Origin: a virus
IMG/VR virus record: IMGVR_UViG_3300028569_000021
Location: 1 to 64,000 of that record
Length of the DNA stretch: 64,000 nt
Direction: 5' to 3' (one strand)
Numbering within the stretch: the first letter of the stretch is position 1; each line of letters begins with the position of its first letter. A program made the translations under genes and the position numbers. The notes under the pieces were generated by a model that saw only the letters and a list, made by a program, of their open reading frames with translations, did no database searches and was not told the origin of the DNA. Below, piece after piece: positions 10,609-20,847 of this stretch.

Positions 10609-11214
10609 ATGTCCAACTTTAATACGTTATACGAATCAGCAATACAGAGATTTACTAGAGGAGGATTCCTCATAGGCGATTTAGTTAAATTTAAAGAAGG
10701 TGCGCTTAGTCATGATTTTTTAAAGGATCAAGGTTCCAATTATATAGATAAAATTAAAGAATTTATGACCGGGGATCTTAATTTAAGAGTTTCAGCTATT
10801 AAGCCTATAAGACCAGCATATGGCCCGGGTAATATTCAAAATGAAGGTGAAGCATTTTTATGTGATGTAGTTCAAGAAAAAGCACCCGGTTTATACTATT
10901 CTTTCGTTACTGTCCCAGGTAGCATGCTAGAGCATATTGATACAGGTGTAAACTTAGCTAACGTACCAGATAGCTTAAGAAGACCTAATAATGAAATTAT
11001 AGATCCAGAAGAAATAACTCAAAAACAAGATCCTACGTCATATATGTCTCCATATAGACAGACGTCTACTACAGATAGAGGAAATGCTAAGGACTCTAAA
11101 ACAGAATTAAACTTACCTACAAAAAATATTAAAATACCGTCTGAGCCTGCTAAAGATGAAAGAGACCCTGCTGTAGCAGCTGGTACAGCAAGATATCTCC
11201 CTAAGAAAAAATAA
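10609..11214 (+). CDS. Hypothetical late protein (candidate head internal protein)
   Basis: 201-aa ORF with its own late promoter; N-terminus MSNFNTLYES. Confidence 0.6.
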   Translation: MSNFNTLYESAIQRFTRGGFLIGDLVKFKEGALSHDFLKDQGSNYIDKIKEFMTGDLNLRVSAIKPIRPAYGPGNIQNEGEAFLCDVVQEKAPGLYYSFVTVPGSMLEHIDTGVNLANVPDSLRRPNNEIIDPEEITQKQDPTSYMSPYRQTSTTDRGNAKDSKTELNLPTKNIKIPSEPAKDERDPAVAAGTARYLPKKK

Positions 11215-11215
11215 C

Positions 11216-12151
11216 TTATTTTAAGTTTTCAGACAATGTGATTAACATGCAATAGAAGTTAATCTCAGGATCGATCACAAAAGAATTTCTATACATATAC
11301 TCTCCTATTGTAATAAGCCACATTTTCTTCTGCAGATCAGTTATAGGTAAAGATATATTACATACAGTATCAAAAACTGCTTTTAATAACTGAGGGTAAT
11401 CTCCATTAAAACTTGCCTCTCTCTCAATAACATATCTCCTTGCAGCAAGAATATCGTTCTTAAGAATAAAATTAAGTAAGTCAAAAGCGAAGTCATCTAC
11501 TACATTATTGTCAGGTAATATAAGATTACCTTCAATGCAATACTTTTGTGCCTCATTAATTGCTTTTCTAGTATCAGGGTAAAGTTTTTTTACAAGGTAT
11601 ATAAGTTTTTTCTTATTTTCACTGTCGATCTCTATATTCTCACTCTTTAGTACATGAGCAACTCTTTTAACTATTCCTACAATAGGAGGAGCTAATAGAA
11701 AAGACTGACAGCGACTCTGCAAAGGTTGAATTACTCTATTAATAAAGTTACAAGTAAGAATATATCTACAATAACCAGAATTTTCTTCCATTGTGTTTCT
11801 CAAACCTCTTTGAGCATCGGTAGAAGAACCGTCTATTTCATCACAAATAATTACCTTCATCCTACCATTAAAACTTTTAGTCTGACTAAATTGAGTAATA
11901 GTCGTTCTTACTGTATCAATACCTACTTCAGAACAATTAAGAAACAAGTATTCCGCATCAACATAATTAACTAATAGTTTTGCAAGAGTAGTTTTACCTG
12001 TACCGGCATTGCCGTAAAACAATAGATTAGGTATTTCCTGATTTTTAATAAACTTATCAATAATTTGTTTATTTTCTTCTGTAAGAACAAGATCCTCTAT
12101 TTTTGATGGACGATACTTTTCTACCCACAAATTTTCAATATTGCTTTGCAT
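11216..12151 (-). CDS. gp44: Sliding clamp loader AAA+ subunit (gp44/RFC-like)
   Basis: 'LWVEKYRP', Walker A GNAGTGKTT, Walker B 'IICDEID' and SRC motif 'LQSRC'. Confidence 0.95.
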   Translation of the reverse strand: MQSNIENLWVEKYRPSKIEDLVLTEENKQIIDKFIKNQEIPNLLFYGNAGTGKTTLAKLLVNYVDAEYLFLNCSEVGIDTVRTTITQFSQTKSFNGRMKVIICDEIDGSSTDAQRGLRNTMEENSGYCRYILTCNFINRVIQPLQSRCQSFLLAPPIVGIVKRVAHVLKSENIEIDSENKKKLIYLVKKLYPDTRKAINEAQKYCIEGNLILPDNNVVDDFAFDLLNFILKNDILAARRYVIEREASFNGDYPQLLKAVFDTVCNISLPITDLQKKMWLITIGEYMYRNSFVIDPEINFYCMLITLSENLK

Positions 12152-12594
12152 TATTTTCCAGATGAACCAAACCCCTTATCGCCTCTTTGAGTATCTTGAA
12201 CTTCACCCCAACCAGTTTCAATGTCAAGGTTAAAGTGAAGCACTAATTGTGCAACCCTATCACCTTTTTTAACACTATATTGTGCCATACCATGATTGTA
12301 GAGTAATACTCCAAGATCACCTCTGTAACCGTTATCTATTACACCAGGGTGTGCTAAGACGCCATGTTTAAAAGAAAGACCAGATCTGGAGCATACCTTG
12401 ATCCAATAACCAGGCTCTAGGTACGCAAGCTTGAGTCCGACAGGTACTACCTTAATTTCATTATATTCAATCAAGACATCCTCAACAGCAAATATATCCC
12501 AACCAGCATCGTCTTTATGATTCTTTTTAGGTAGAATTGCATCTTCGTGAGTTTTAGCAAACAGCATTTTCGGAGTTTTAAATAACGATTCCAT
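12151..12594 (-). CDS. dut: Trimeric dUTPase
   Basis: Motifs AGWD, RSG, GVIDNGYRG, RVAQL and RGDKGFGSSG. Confidence 0.95.
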   Translation of the reverse strand: MESLFKTPKMLFAKTHEDAILPKKNHKDDAGWDIFAVEDVLIEYNEIKVVPVGLKLAYLEPGYWIKVCSRSGLSFKHGVLAHPGVIDNGYRGDLGVLLYNHGMAQYSVKKGDRVAQLVLHFNLDIETGWGEVQDTQRGDKGFGSSGK

Positions 12595-12601
12595 ATAATT
12601 G

Positions 12602-12629
12602 ATGATATATTATAAAAACAAATAATCAA
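12602..12629 (-). promoter_or_regulatory. Sigma70-like early/middle promoter of dut
   Basis: TTGATT-N16-TATCAT-N7-ATG on the minus strand. Confidence 0.65.
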
Positions 12630-12645
12630 CAGACTAACTAATTTA

Positions 12646-13161
12646 ATGGAACCAAGCTTAGAAGATGATTATCTTACAGTAAATGAATTGACAGAAAAAT
12701 TGAAAGAAGAAGTAGATAATATTAACAGTAAAGAAAAAGAGTACAGAGAAGAAAAAGATATTTTAAAAAAAGAAAATTTAGAGAAGTTTCTTTTAGAGAA
12801 GACCGGAATATTAGTTACAGAGGGGTTAGATGTTATAAGAGAGTTAAAAGATGTATTTGTTAATAATCCAGATGCAGAAGAGATTGATGCTTTATCTAAT
12901 GCGTTTAAAGCAGTAGGATCTGCTTTGTCTGTTCTTAAGGATATACAGATTTCAAATAGTAAAATAGATAGCAATAAAGAAATAAAGGAAATGGAGATAA
13001 AGGCAAAAAAAGAACTATCAGAACAGAAGAACAAAAATGAAGATAGTGAAAATAAGATTTTGCTTACTAGAGATGAGTTATTTAAAAGATTACTAGAAAA
13101 ATCTGATATTATAGAAGCTGATTTTGCAAAATTAGATGAAGAAACTCCTAAGCAAGATTAG
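12646..13161 (+). CDS. Putative terminase small subunit (gp16-like)
   Basis: Size, helical and coiled-coil pattern, and C-terminal 'NKILLTRDELFKRLL' resemble T4-like gp16; late-type motif TAACTA 5 nt upstream. Confidence 0.45.
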   Translation: MEPSLEDDYLTVNELTEKLKEEVDNINSKEKEYREEKDILKKENLEKFLLEKTGILVTEGLDVIRELKDVFVNNPDAEEIDALSNAFKAVGSALSVLKDIQISNSKIDSNKEIKEMEIKAKKELSEQKNKNEDSENKILLTRDELFKRLLEKSDIIEADFAKLDEETPKQD

Positions 13162-13993
13162 AGTTTTTGGGAGATGCAAAATCTTTGATTGGTGTTTTAC
13201 TCTTTTTAGTTAAATCTAAACCGGTGGGGGTCATGACTATCTTCTGACCTTCAACATCTTGCTCTAGAGCTAAACTAGGAGAACTTATATCACTATTTTG
13301 AACTCCAAAAGGATTGTAATTCATAGATTTTAATAAAAACGTATTTGCATCTCCTACTCCATCTAATAATTTTTTAGTAAAGTCTGTTACTACCTTACCC
13401 ATTCTCTCTACATGCTTTGTATCTGGTGTTAAATTACCCCCGTGATTTTTATCACTTGTAGAAATATTATCCATTACATTAACTATATTCTTATTAAATA
13501 GTTTTCCTACAATTGTAGAAGCTTGAGTTAAATTAGAAGTTATATAGCTTGGTAAATTAGTACCCACATCTATTAAATTTGTAGGTATCTGTGAACCTGG
13601 TATATTTACATTATGAGCAACTGGACCTGAGAGAATATTTCCCATAGATACTACTTTACCTTGAGGTAAACTTTTACCTAAAAAAGTAGGATTTGGTAAA
13701 AGCTTTAATGTCTCGCTCTTAACGTTAGAGGGTTGGGAGTCATAATGTGTTCTCCAACCTTGAATTATACCAGCATCATCAATCTGTTTTAATTTTGAAT
13801 CTAATTTTGCAAAAAAAGATCCTAAACTCTTACTAGGGGTATTAGAATTTTTAGCTTTATAGTGCTCTTTAAACAAATTTAAAACATCATCACCATACGC
13901 TTGCATAGCTTGCTTAAGCTGAGGTGAAGTAACCTCATTAATTGGGTTATAGTTTCTTAGTAATAAAAAGAAAGTTGGAGAAGGAGGTATCAT
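13148..13993 (-). CDS. Hypothetical protein in baseplate cluster
   Basis: 281-aa ORF overlapping the upstream gene by 4 nt. Confidence 0.6.
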   Translation of the reverse strand: MIPPSPTFFLLLRNYNPINEVTSPQLKQAMQAYGDDVLNLFKEHYKAKNSNTPSKSLGSFFAKLDSKLKQIDDAGIIQGWRTHYDSQPSNVKSETLKLLPNPTFLGKSLPQGKVVSMGNILSGPVAHNVNIPGSQIPTNLIDVGTNLPSYITSNLTQASTIVGKLFNKNIVNVMDNISTSDKNHGGNLTPDTKHVERMGKVVTDFTKKLLDGVGDANTFLLKSMNYNPFGVQNSDISSPSLALEQDVEGQKIVMTPTGLDLTKKSKTPIKDFASPKNSNLA

Positions 13994-15600
13994 ACTGTTT
14001 CGTTAAATGTTGGTTTATCATATGAATAAGGTTTAGTACCAAGTATAGTGTTCTCATACTTACCAAGCTTAAATTCATGTCTAAGGTAAGTAATCATATA
14101 CTTACCTAATACTGTATTGTCGTGTGATTTACTAACGTTACCATCCGTTCTATTTATAGTAAAAAATTTACCCGTCTGTCTTATTGTATTACCTCTTACC
14201 TTAAAGGTAATAGAAGTATTTTTAAAAAATAAATTAATCATCGCTCTGTTTGTACCAAAGCTTTTTGTTTGTGATTCATCCATAGCATAGGGAACGTACA
14301 TATGATCAACATTATTGAATTTTTCTCTTATCTTATTAGAAGCTAAGTTTGAGCTAGCTGGTTTACCTTGATCACTACTATTTCCTTTAACTAGGGCCTT
14401 ATCATACAACTCATTCATACTATTAAAATTACCAGGTTTAAGACTAGTGTTAAAGAATCCTCTTGGATCTACACCATGTACTACATGTGAAGTCATGTAA
14501 GATTGTAATTCTTTTGCATCTATTTTAGTAAAAGTATAATCATTAATTATATTATAATCTGTAGGTATTATTTCATTAATGCCCCTTGCAAGTGGTGTTT
14601 TAATATCAGAAGAATCGGGATCAATTTTACCTATTATAAAATCATCTATTACATCAGGCCCTTTTGAAATAGTACTACTCCCTAATATAGAACCTACACT
14701 TATACCACCTTTATAAAATTTATTTAAAGGTGTTAAGTTATATCTTTCAGTATAACGTTCTTTTTTTAAGATACAAGGCATATTAAAGTTATTCTTATCA
14801 CTTACATGAAAAGATAAGACGTAAGTTAGATCATTTACAGCTTTATTCATAGAAGGTGAATAATAGCATATTTTAGTAGAACCTTTTTCCCAATTTCCTT
14901 TATTAAATTTTAATTTTGATACGTCTACAAGAGAGCGTTTTAATATATCCTCTAACGCATCACCTGTAAAAATACTCACATCTGTATTTGATTTTGAAAC
15001 TTGGGTAGATGTTTTATTAGAGTCGAAAAAACTTTTATTATTTTTGACTTTATCTGCAGTAGAGTAGTTTATATTTAACTCATTTAAAATTTGAAAATCT
15101 CTATCCCAGAAAAAAAACTTTCTCTTTTTCTTACCTCCACCTTCTGTTAAATCTTCATATTTATAAATTGAACAGGTATGTTTAATATTATAATTTTTCT
15201 TTTCACTTTCAGAACTTCTTACTTCTAAGTATTGCTGCTCTTTAAGTTGAGGCATTATATCTATCTCTATAATATCTCGCCCATCGCCTCTGAAAACAAA
15301 AGGTTCTGTCTCTTTAGTACTACCTCCCGTTCCTTCAAACGATTCCAAAACATCTTCGTTATAGTTTATAGTTAAGGTACCGTAAACATAAAAATACCTT
15401 AAATCATCTATAATGTTTAATTCTTCAACAGCAGAAAATTTTATACCTACTCTAGAAGACCCATTATTTAAAAATAAATTAAAAATAAAATTATTGTCTC
15501 CAATCTGCTCAACATTATCTTCTTGATTACTTTGAGAGGTTCCACCTACAGGTATATTACCTGTTACATTTTGTATTATATTATTTAAAAAATCACTCAT
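13990..15600 (-). CDS. Putative baseplate hub protein (gp27-like)
   Basis: C-terminal 'ITFKVRGNTIRQTGKFF...GKYMITYLRHEF' is typical of hub proteins; context supports. Confidence 0.55.
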   Translation of the reverse strand: MSDFLNNIIQNVTGNIPVGGTSQSNQEDNVEQIGDNNFIFNLFLNNGSSRVGIKFSAVEELNIIDDLRYFYVYGTLTINYNEDVLESFEGTGGSTKETEPFVFRGDGRDIIEIDIMPQLKEQQYLEVRSSESEKKNYNIKHTCSIYKYEDLTEGGGKKKRKFFFWDRDFQILNELNINYSTADKVKNNKSFFDSNKTSTQVSKSNTDVSIFTGDALEDILKRSLVDVSKLKFNKGNWEKGSTKICYYSPSMNKAVNDLTYVLSFHVSDKNNFNMPCILKKERYTERYNLTPLNKFYKGGISVGSILGSSTISKGPDVIDDFIIGKIDPDSSDIKTPLARGINEIIPTDYNIINDYTFTKIDAKELQSYMTSHVVHGVDPRGFFNTSLKPGNFNSMNELYDKALVKGNSSDQGKPASSNLASNKIREKFNNVDHMYVPYAMDESQTKSFGTNRAMINLFFKNTSITFKVRGNTIRQTGKFFTINRTDGNVSKSHDNTVLGKYMITYLRHEFKLGKYENTILGTKPYSYDKPTFNETV

Positions 15601-15995
15601 TACTGGACTCTTTCGTAAATTTTATCTATAACATATCTTACAAATTTAGGGTATAATATTTTAAGCTGAGTACCAGGTATAGGGTACTCAACAGGGTTTG
15701 TAATATTATTAACTGCTAATATTAGCCACCATAAATTTATATTTCTATACTCGTTATAACTAACAGTAGTCCAAGGCATTTTTTTAGTTACTGTTATTTT
15801 ATAGTAGGTACTAGGATCTAATTCTCCTTCAAAAAATACCGATGTACCTATTATATTGTAAAAAAATTGATTATCCTTTGTAAGATACATTCTTAAGAAG
15901 GATTCAAAACTATATTCATCTACTTCAGGTAAATAAGGTACATCTTTTCTAAAAGAACCTAAAGCAGATATATTTTGCGAGCTTGTAGTAATCAT
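15600..15995 (-). CDS. Baseplate wedge gp53-like (LysM-fold) protein
   Basis: 'VSYNEYRNINLWWLILAVNNITNP...PGTQLKI'. Confidence 0.75.
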   Translation of the reverse strand: MITTSSQNISALGSFRKDVPYLPEVDEYSFESFLRMYLTKDNQFFYNIIGTSVFFEGELDPSTYYKITVTKKMPWTTVSYNEYRNINLWWLILAVNNITNPVEYPIPGTQLKILYPKFVRYVIDKIYERVQ

Positions 15996-15997
15996 AT

Positions 15998-17266
15998 TTA
16001 TTTTTTAGTTATTCTAGCTTCCTCTTGAGTATAACTATTAATTAAATTATTATATAACTCACCAAAAGGGTTAAAGTTTTCGTTACTGATAACCCTTACC
16101 ACATCTTGTTTATCTTGCAATGCAGCCATAAGAAAGTTTCTTGATTCTGCTATTAAACCTACAAGAGTAATAGTTACTTCATAAGCATCAGGTATAATTG
16201 TACTTATTGTTGTACTTCCACCCTGAATTGGTACTTCCATATTCATCTGACGTCTTGCACCTTTAAAATCAACCTTTAAATCCTTTATATAAGCAAAAGG
16301 CATATATTTTACACCAGGCACTGTAACTTCATAAAGACACGATGGATCAATGAGCTCCCTGCTTCTCCTATTGGGTCTGTTTTGATATGCGAGAAGAAAT
16401 ACTAGCTGCCAATTTAACCTTACATCCTCATATGTTGACCAACCTGTATTTATTAGAGGAAATTTTACTGTTAAAGAATCTCCATCTTCTTGAAAGTTAA
16501 AAAATTTAGGTCTTTCTATATATACCCCTGGTTCTGAAAAATTAGCAATTGCTGCTAAGTTCTCGGCGCCGCTTCTTATAGCGTCCATACCCCTGCTAGC
16601 TTTTCCACCCCCTAAGGCGCTATTGTCTGTTGCTGAAAAAAAGTTTGTTATATCATAACACCCATCATCAAAGTAAGGTAAATTATAAAAAAACTTTGTA
16701 TCTTCTGTTAAATATAACCCATCATATGCTTTTAATAAATCACTATTAAGACTATCAAAATTTTTAGATAATACATCTCTTAAATTACTATCTCCTGTAA
16801 GAACAGTCAATCCTCTATTAATAACTTGATTTTCAATAAAACCTAACCCCGCTGTACCAGCCTTAGAAAGAGATGGCCCAGCTATATCACTAAAAGCACC
16901 TAGATACCCCTTTATAGATTCATATGCCGGTCCACCTGCCGCCTGCACTCTAGGCAAAAGTGTACCAACAGAACCTGCTGATGAAGTTAAATAATAAGCA
17001 GCTGCTGCAATAATAGAATTTGTTCTAAGTCTTTTCTCTCTTAACTCTATCTTTGGTACCTCTTGTCTGGATTGAGAACCGGGAGGTGAAGTTGTCCATT
17101 GAAAATTGTTTACCACATCTATCATACCTGGCTGAAATCCAAGTAAGCTATCCTTAAAGATAAAATCATTACTATTTGTTGAAAGTTTAAAAGCATTAGA
17201 GGGCACAGCTCTAGGCGCGCCTGTTTTTGCGCTCTTTTGACTGTCGAATGAATATAAATTGCCCAT
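15998..17266 (-). CDS. Putative baseplate/tail-tube cap (gp48-like)
   Basis: Tube-fold-like C-terminus ('PSCLYEVTVPG...AYIKDLKVDF...IPDAYEVTITL') and position in the cluster. Confidence 0.45.
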   Translation of the reverse strand: MGNLYSFDSQKSAKTGAPRAVPSNAFKLSTNSNDFIFKDSLLGFQPGMIDVVNNFQWTTSPPGSQSRQEVPKIELREKRLRTNSIIAAAAYYLTSSAGSVGTLLPRVQAAGGPAYESIKGYLGAFSDIAGPSLSKAGTAGLGFIENQVINRGLTVLTGDSNLRDVLSKNFDSLNSDLLKAYDGLYLTEDTKFFYNLPYFDDGCYDITNFFSATDNSALGGGKASRGMDAIRSGAENLAAIANFSEPGVYIERPKFFNFQEDGDSLTVKFPLINTGWSTYEDVRLNWQLVFLLAYQNRPNRRSRELIDPSCLYEVTVPGVKYMPFAYIKDLKVDFKGARRQMNMEVPIQGGSTTISTIIPDAYEVTITLVGLIAESRNFLMAALQDKQDVVRVISNENFNPFGELYNNLINSYTQEEARITKK

Positions 17267-17267
17267 A

Positions 17268-18587
17268 TTAAGTTCTTGTTAAAAGATTACTTCCGCCTAA
17301 TTGAGATAGATCAAAACCAGTAGGAAAATCTTCCGATAAAGGTAGATCTCCTTTAAGATTTGATATTGGTTTTGATGCGGTTGATTGTTTGTTTGAGTTA
17401 TTGCTTTGAGGTTGGGTTGGTGTATCAGTTGAGCCTTGCCTTACAGGTGCAGATTGTTGTACATTGCTACTCTTTGATGTACCTGTAATTCCACTCTTAA
17501 GAGAACTTGCTAGTTCTTTTAAAATTGATGACATTGATGTTACAGCTTCTAGTATTTTTTGGGTATTATTAACCATAGCTGCATTATTATCTGGTATATT
17601 TTCTGCTTTTGGAGAAATTTGTGTATAGCTATTTTGGTTAGTAATAGAATCTTTAATAGCGTTATCCATTCCACCGTGATCTTCAATAGCGTTTTGTAAA
17701 TTACCTTGTGATTCGCTTATTACTGCAGAACCTAAATTTTTATCATTTACAACTACAGGATTATCTCCTTCATTACCTAAAAATTTTTCTGTCTCTATAG
17801 ATTTCTGCAAAGCATCATTACCTGTAGGAAACGATTCATTTGAAAAGTTAGGTACGAAATTTTCGTTATTAGTAAAAGGAACTGAGCCGTTAAGAGCTTT
17901 TTGCTGTTCATAAACTAATTTATCTTTTTGTTTCTTTAATAAGTTTATATCTCTTTTTAAATATTGCTTTTGTAAAGTATTTTTGTTAGAAAAAACTTCT
18001 ACAACACTATCACCTTCATCGTTAAAATCGTTATAGTTTTTGTCACCTAGCTGTACAGTATTGTTAAAGTTATTGTCACTTTGCTGTACAGTATTGTTAA
18101 AGTTATTTTTTTCTTCTAAATTTAAATTTTCTATTTGTTTTTCTAACCCAGAAATTTTATTTTCTATATTACTAATCTCCTCTACTAGTTCTTCTTGATT
18201 AAAAGAAGGTCTGTTTTGAGTTACTGGCTCAATTGCTGGTGAATTAGCAGATGTATTTGTACTAGTTAATAGAGAGTTACTGTTCTCTATAGAATTATTG
18301 TTTGAAAAGGGTATGTCTGCTGGTTTAGGTTCAGATGTATTATCAGAAATAAATGTGTTAGCTGGCTTCTGTATATCTGTAAAATCGTTTATTTGCTTTT
18401 CCGGTACATTAAGAATTGGCCGTATCTCGTTACTAGAAACAGGTTGCTCTGCTTGCTTCTCTTCTTGAGGCACAGACACGGGAAAACTCTCTAGAGATAA
18501 TAATTCTTTATTAGTAACGTCCTCTTCTAATAGATTACTCTCTTCTTTTTCAAAATATTCTTCCGGGAGATTTATTTCCTTTTCCAC
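17268..18587 (-). CDS. Low-complexity N/Q/S-rich tail-region protein (GTG start)
   Basis: 439-aa ORF; TAAATA 5 nt before the GTG; coiled-coil segment and an internal duplication. Confidence 0.55.
   Translation of the reverse strand: MEKEINLPEEYFEKEESNLLEEDVTNKELLSLESFPVSVPQEEKQAEQPVSSNEIRPILNVPEKQINDFTDIQKPANTFISDNTSEPKPADIPFSNNNSIENSNSLLTSTNTSANSPAIEPVTQNRPSFNQEELVEEISNIENKISGLEKQIENLNLEEKNNFNNTVQQSDNNFNNTVQLGDKNYNDFNDEGDSVVEVFSNKNTLQKQYLKRDINLLKKQKDKLVYEQQKALNGSVPFTNNENFVPNFSNESFPTGNDALQKSIETEKFLGNEGDNPVVVNDKNLGSAVISESQGNLQNAIEDHGGMDNAIKDSITNQNSYTQISPKAENIPDNNAAMVNNTQKILEAVTSMSSILKELASSLKSGITGTSKSSNVQQSAPVRQGSTDTPTQPQSNNSNKQSTASKPISNLKGDLPLSEDFPTGFDLSQLGGSNLLTRT
18050..18107. repeat. 25-nt direct repeat, two copies at 33-nt period (NNFNNTVQ x2)
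   Basis: gctgtacagtattgttaaagttatt at 18050-18074 and 18083-18107. Confidence 0.85.
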
Positions 18588-18591
18588 TTAA

Positions 18592-19380
18592 TTATTTAAT
18601 AGCATTAACCGTTTTATGTATAGTAAGAAGAAGATCCGCCTCTGCAGGTGTAATGTCAAGAAAGCTTTCATAACTTAAATTAATTTTTTGAGTTGAATGA
18701 TATAGCTTATAATAAAAGCCGGAAATATTTTGACTGAAAAATATTTTTATTAATTTAAAGGATAAATTATTAGTAAAACATATCTTTATATTATTAAAAT
18801 TTTCCATTCTTGTAATATCTACAACTTGAGTATTATTAACTATATGTTGCTTTATATCTTTTAAAATATCTTTGTTTATTTTTTTAATAACTGTCATCTT
18901 TTCTTTTTCTGACATTAACCTTATTGATCTTAGCTTATCCTTCACGTTAATATCTTCAATAATATCATATAATAAAAAAAGTAAGTTTTTATGATATAAA
19001 CTACTAGGTACTTTAAATTTAACGTTAAAATCTCCTTTTTCAAAATCGGGAATTTTAGTTAATTCAAAATCTATTAATTTTTTTATTACTTCTTTTATGC
19101 TTAGCTTGAGTGTAGTAGGAAGCTGATCCTTTATATTAATTTTTAAGTTTAATATATCACCTATACATGTTGACCTCAAACAGAGTAATATAAAAAACTT
19201 ATCAAAAGAGTTTATATCTTTAAAAGGTAAAATGGAATCTATGTAATCACTAAAGCCTTCTTCATCATTAGAAGATAAAAATTTATTCATGTACAATAAA
19301 TTTCTATTTGTTATTTCTTCTGTGTATTTGAAGGAAGAAAGAGACGGTATGTAAGTTTTAACTTTAAACTTATCTAACAT
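18592..19380 (-). CDS. Putative baseplate hub assembly protein (gp26/gp51-like)
   Basis: 'FDKFFILLCLRSTCIGD' and C-terminal 'FLDITPAEADLLL' resemble gp26/gp51. Confidence 0.55.
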   Translation of the reverse strand: MLDKFKVKTYIPSLSSFKYTEEITNRNLLYMNKFLSSNDEEGFSDYIDSILPFKDINSFDKFFILLCLRSTCIGDILNLKINIKDQLPTTLKLSIKEVIKKLIDFELTKIPDFEKGDFNVKFKVPSSLYHKNLLFLLYDIIEDINVKDKLRSIRLMSEKEKMTVIKKINKDILKDIKQHIVNNTQVVDITRMENFNNIKICFTNNLSFKLIKIFFSQNISGFYYKLYHSTQKINLSYESFLDITPAEADLLLTIHKTVNAIK

Positions 19381-20258
19381 TATTTTTGAAAAGGTGAGAT
19401 TTTAGGTATTTCAAGTTTACCTGCCTTATAACTATTAATAATTTGCGGTAAAGGTAAATATAAATTATTTTCTATGGTATAATTAGTGTAAGCAAAATTT
19501 ACTTCGTAGCTTTCAACATAATCTACTTCAGTGTAACTATATTTTTGAGAATTTATTGTTGTGGGTACGCAGTTATAAAAACGAAAAACTTTTCTAGGTA
19601 TCATACTGACATTCTGAAAAGTTTTTGAATAATATAGCAATGTTATATTGCATTTGATATTAAATTTAGGTTCTTTTCTTGTTACAAACCCATAATGACT
19701 TGCAAGCATAACCCATGGTCTTAATACGAAATCTATAAAACTAGTATTAGATTCATAAAATCCTAGAGAAAGTTGATTTTCTGCATAGCTACTCCTCTTT
19801 CCACCTATTATACCTGGTATAAAACCTCTATTATTATCTACAGAAGCTGATTCGATACTATAAGATTCCCCAGGCATCTGTATACTATTGGCAAAAATAC
19901 AACCTGCAACTCTTTGAAAAGGAAATGATGTTAAAGAAGCTTTTGCAATATTAATATCATACGCGTTATAATTACCTGCAGTTCGTTCTAACGTTCTTAA
20001 TATGGAGCTATTTAAAGTAGTAGGAAATCTATCTATTACACAAATCCATTGAGATTGTAAAGCAGGAGACGTTAACCAAGTGTTTAGTTGGGCAAGAAAA
20101 TAGTCTCTAGTACTTATTAGCGGGGTAGCTGGTATACTGACCCCTAAAATTTGAGCTATTTGTGGCTGAACTAGCGGATTCTGCCCGTTAAAAACCCCTC
20201 CAATATTATTTGTAAGGCTTCTAGCGGCGTTAGATAAAGCATTAGATAAAGCTCCCAT
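19380..20258 (-). CDS. Tail tube initiator (gp54-like)
   Basis: Tube-fold motifs 'SIQMPGE', 'FRFYNCVPTTI...VNFAY'; directly downstream of the tube gene. Confidence 0.6.
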   Translation of the reverse strand: MGALSNALSNAARSLTNNIGGVFNGQNPLVQPQIAQILGVSIPATPLISTRDYFLAQLNTWLTSPALQSQWICVIDRFPTTLNSSILRTLERTAGNYNAYDINIAKASLTSFPFQRVAGCIFANSIQMPGESYSIESASVDNNRGFIPGIIGGKRSSYAENQLSLGFYESNTSFIDFVLRPWVMLASHYGFVTRKEPKFNIKCNITLLYYSKTFQNVSMIPRKVFRFYNCVPTTINSQKYSYTEVDYVESYEVNFAYTNYTIENNLYLPLPQIINSYKAGKLEIPKISPFQK

Positions 20259-20282
20259 AATTATATTTATGGGTAAAAGCTT

Positions 20283-20828
20283 TTATAATATCTCGTAATA
20301 GTGATAAGCAATAGTACCTGAGAAAGATAATGGTGCACCTGTACCTTCAGCAATATTGTATTCTAATTCCCCAACATTTCTTACACTAACGCCAACTAAT
20401 TTAAACTCTTTAACTACTGAAAAATCAGGAGCTAATTGAGCCATTTGTATGTAGGAAGATTTTTGCGGCACACTGTAGTTACCAGTAGAATTAGCATCAT
20501 TGAAGATAGCTCTTGACCATCTCTCAAACTTTTCTCTTAACTTGCTGTCCCTATCACAATAAAATTCAAGAGTATAGCTTTCGCTTTGTGGATATTCAAC
20601 AACTCCAGGTATATTAAAGTTCATACCCATATACTTTGTTTGAACGTTAGTGATATTTCTACCAGGGATTTTACCTGCCTTTACATAAACTAAGTCTTTT
20701 TCGTCAAAAACAATACCAAGAGATGGATCTGGTACAATTTGAGTTATTCTAAAGCTTATATCTCTAGCGAAGTCTCTGGCTACCGCTTGATCATAAAAAT
20801 TACTAATTAGTTGGTTGATGTCTGCCAT
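20283..20828 (-). CDS. gp19: Tail tube protein (gp19-like)
   Basis: 'KAGKIPGR...YMGMNFNIPG...LREKFERW...FSGTIAYHY'; follows the sheath gene. Confidence 0.85.
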   Translation of the reverse strand: MADINQLISNFYDQAVARDFARDISFRITQIVPDPSLGIVFDEKDLVYVKAGKIPGRNITNVQTKYMGMNFNIPGVVEYPQSESYTLEFYCDRDSKLREKFERWSRAIFNDANSTGNYSVPQKSSYIQMAQLAPDFSVVKEFKLVGVSVRNVGELEYNIAEGTGAPLSFSGTIAYHYYEIL

Positions 20829-20847
20829 AATCTTTTAATATTTAGTA

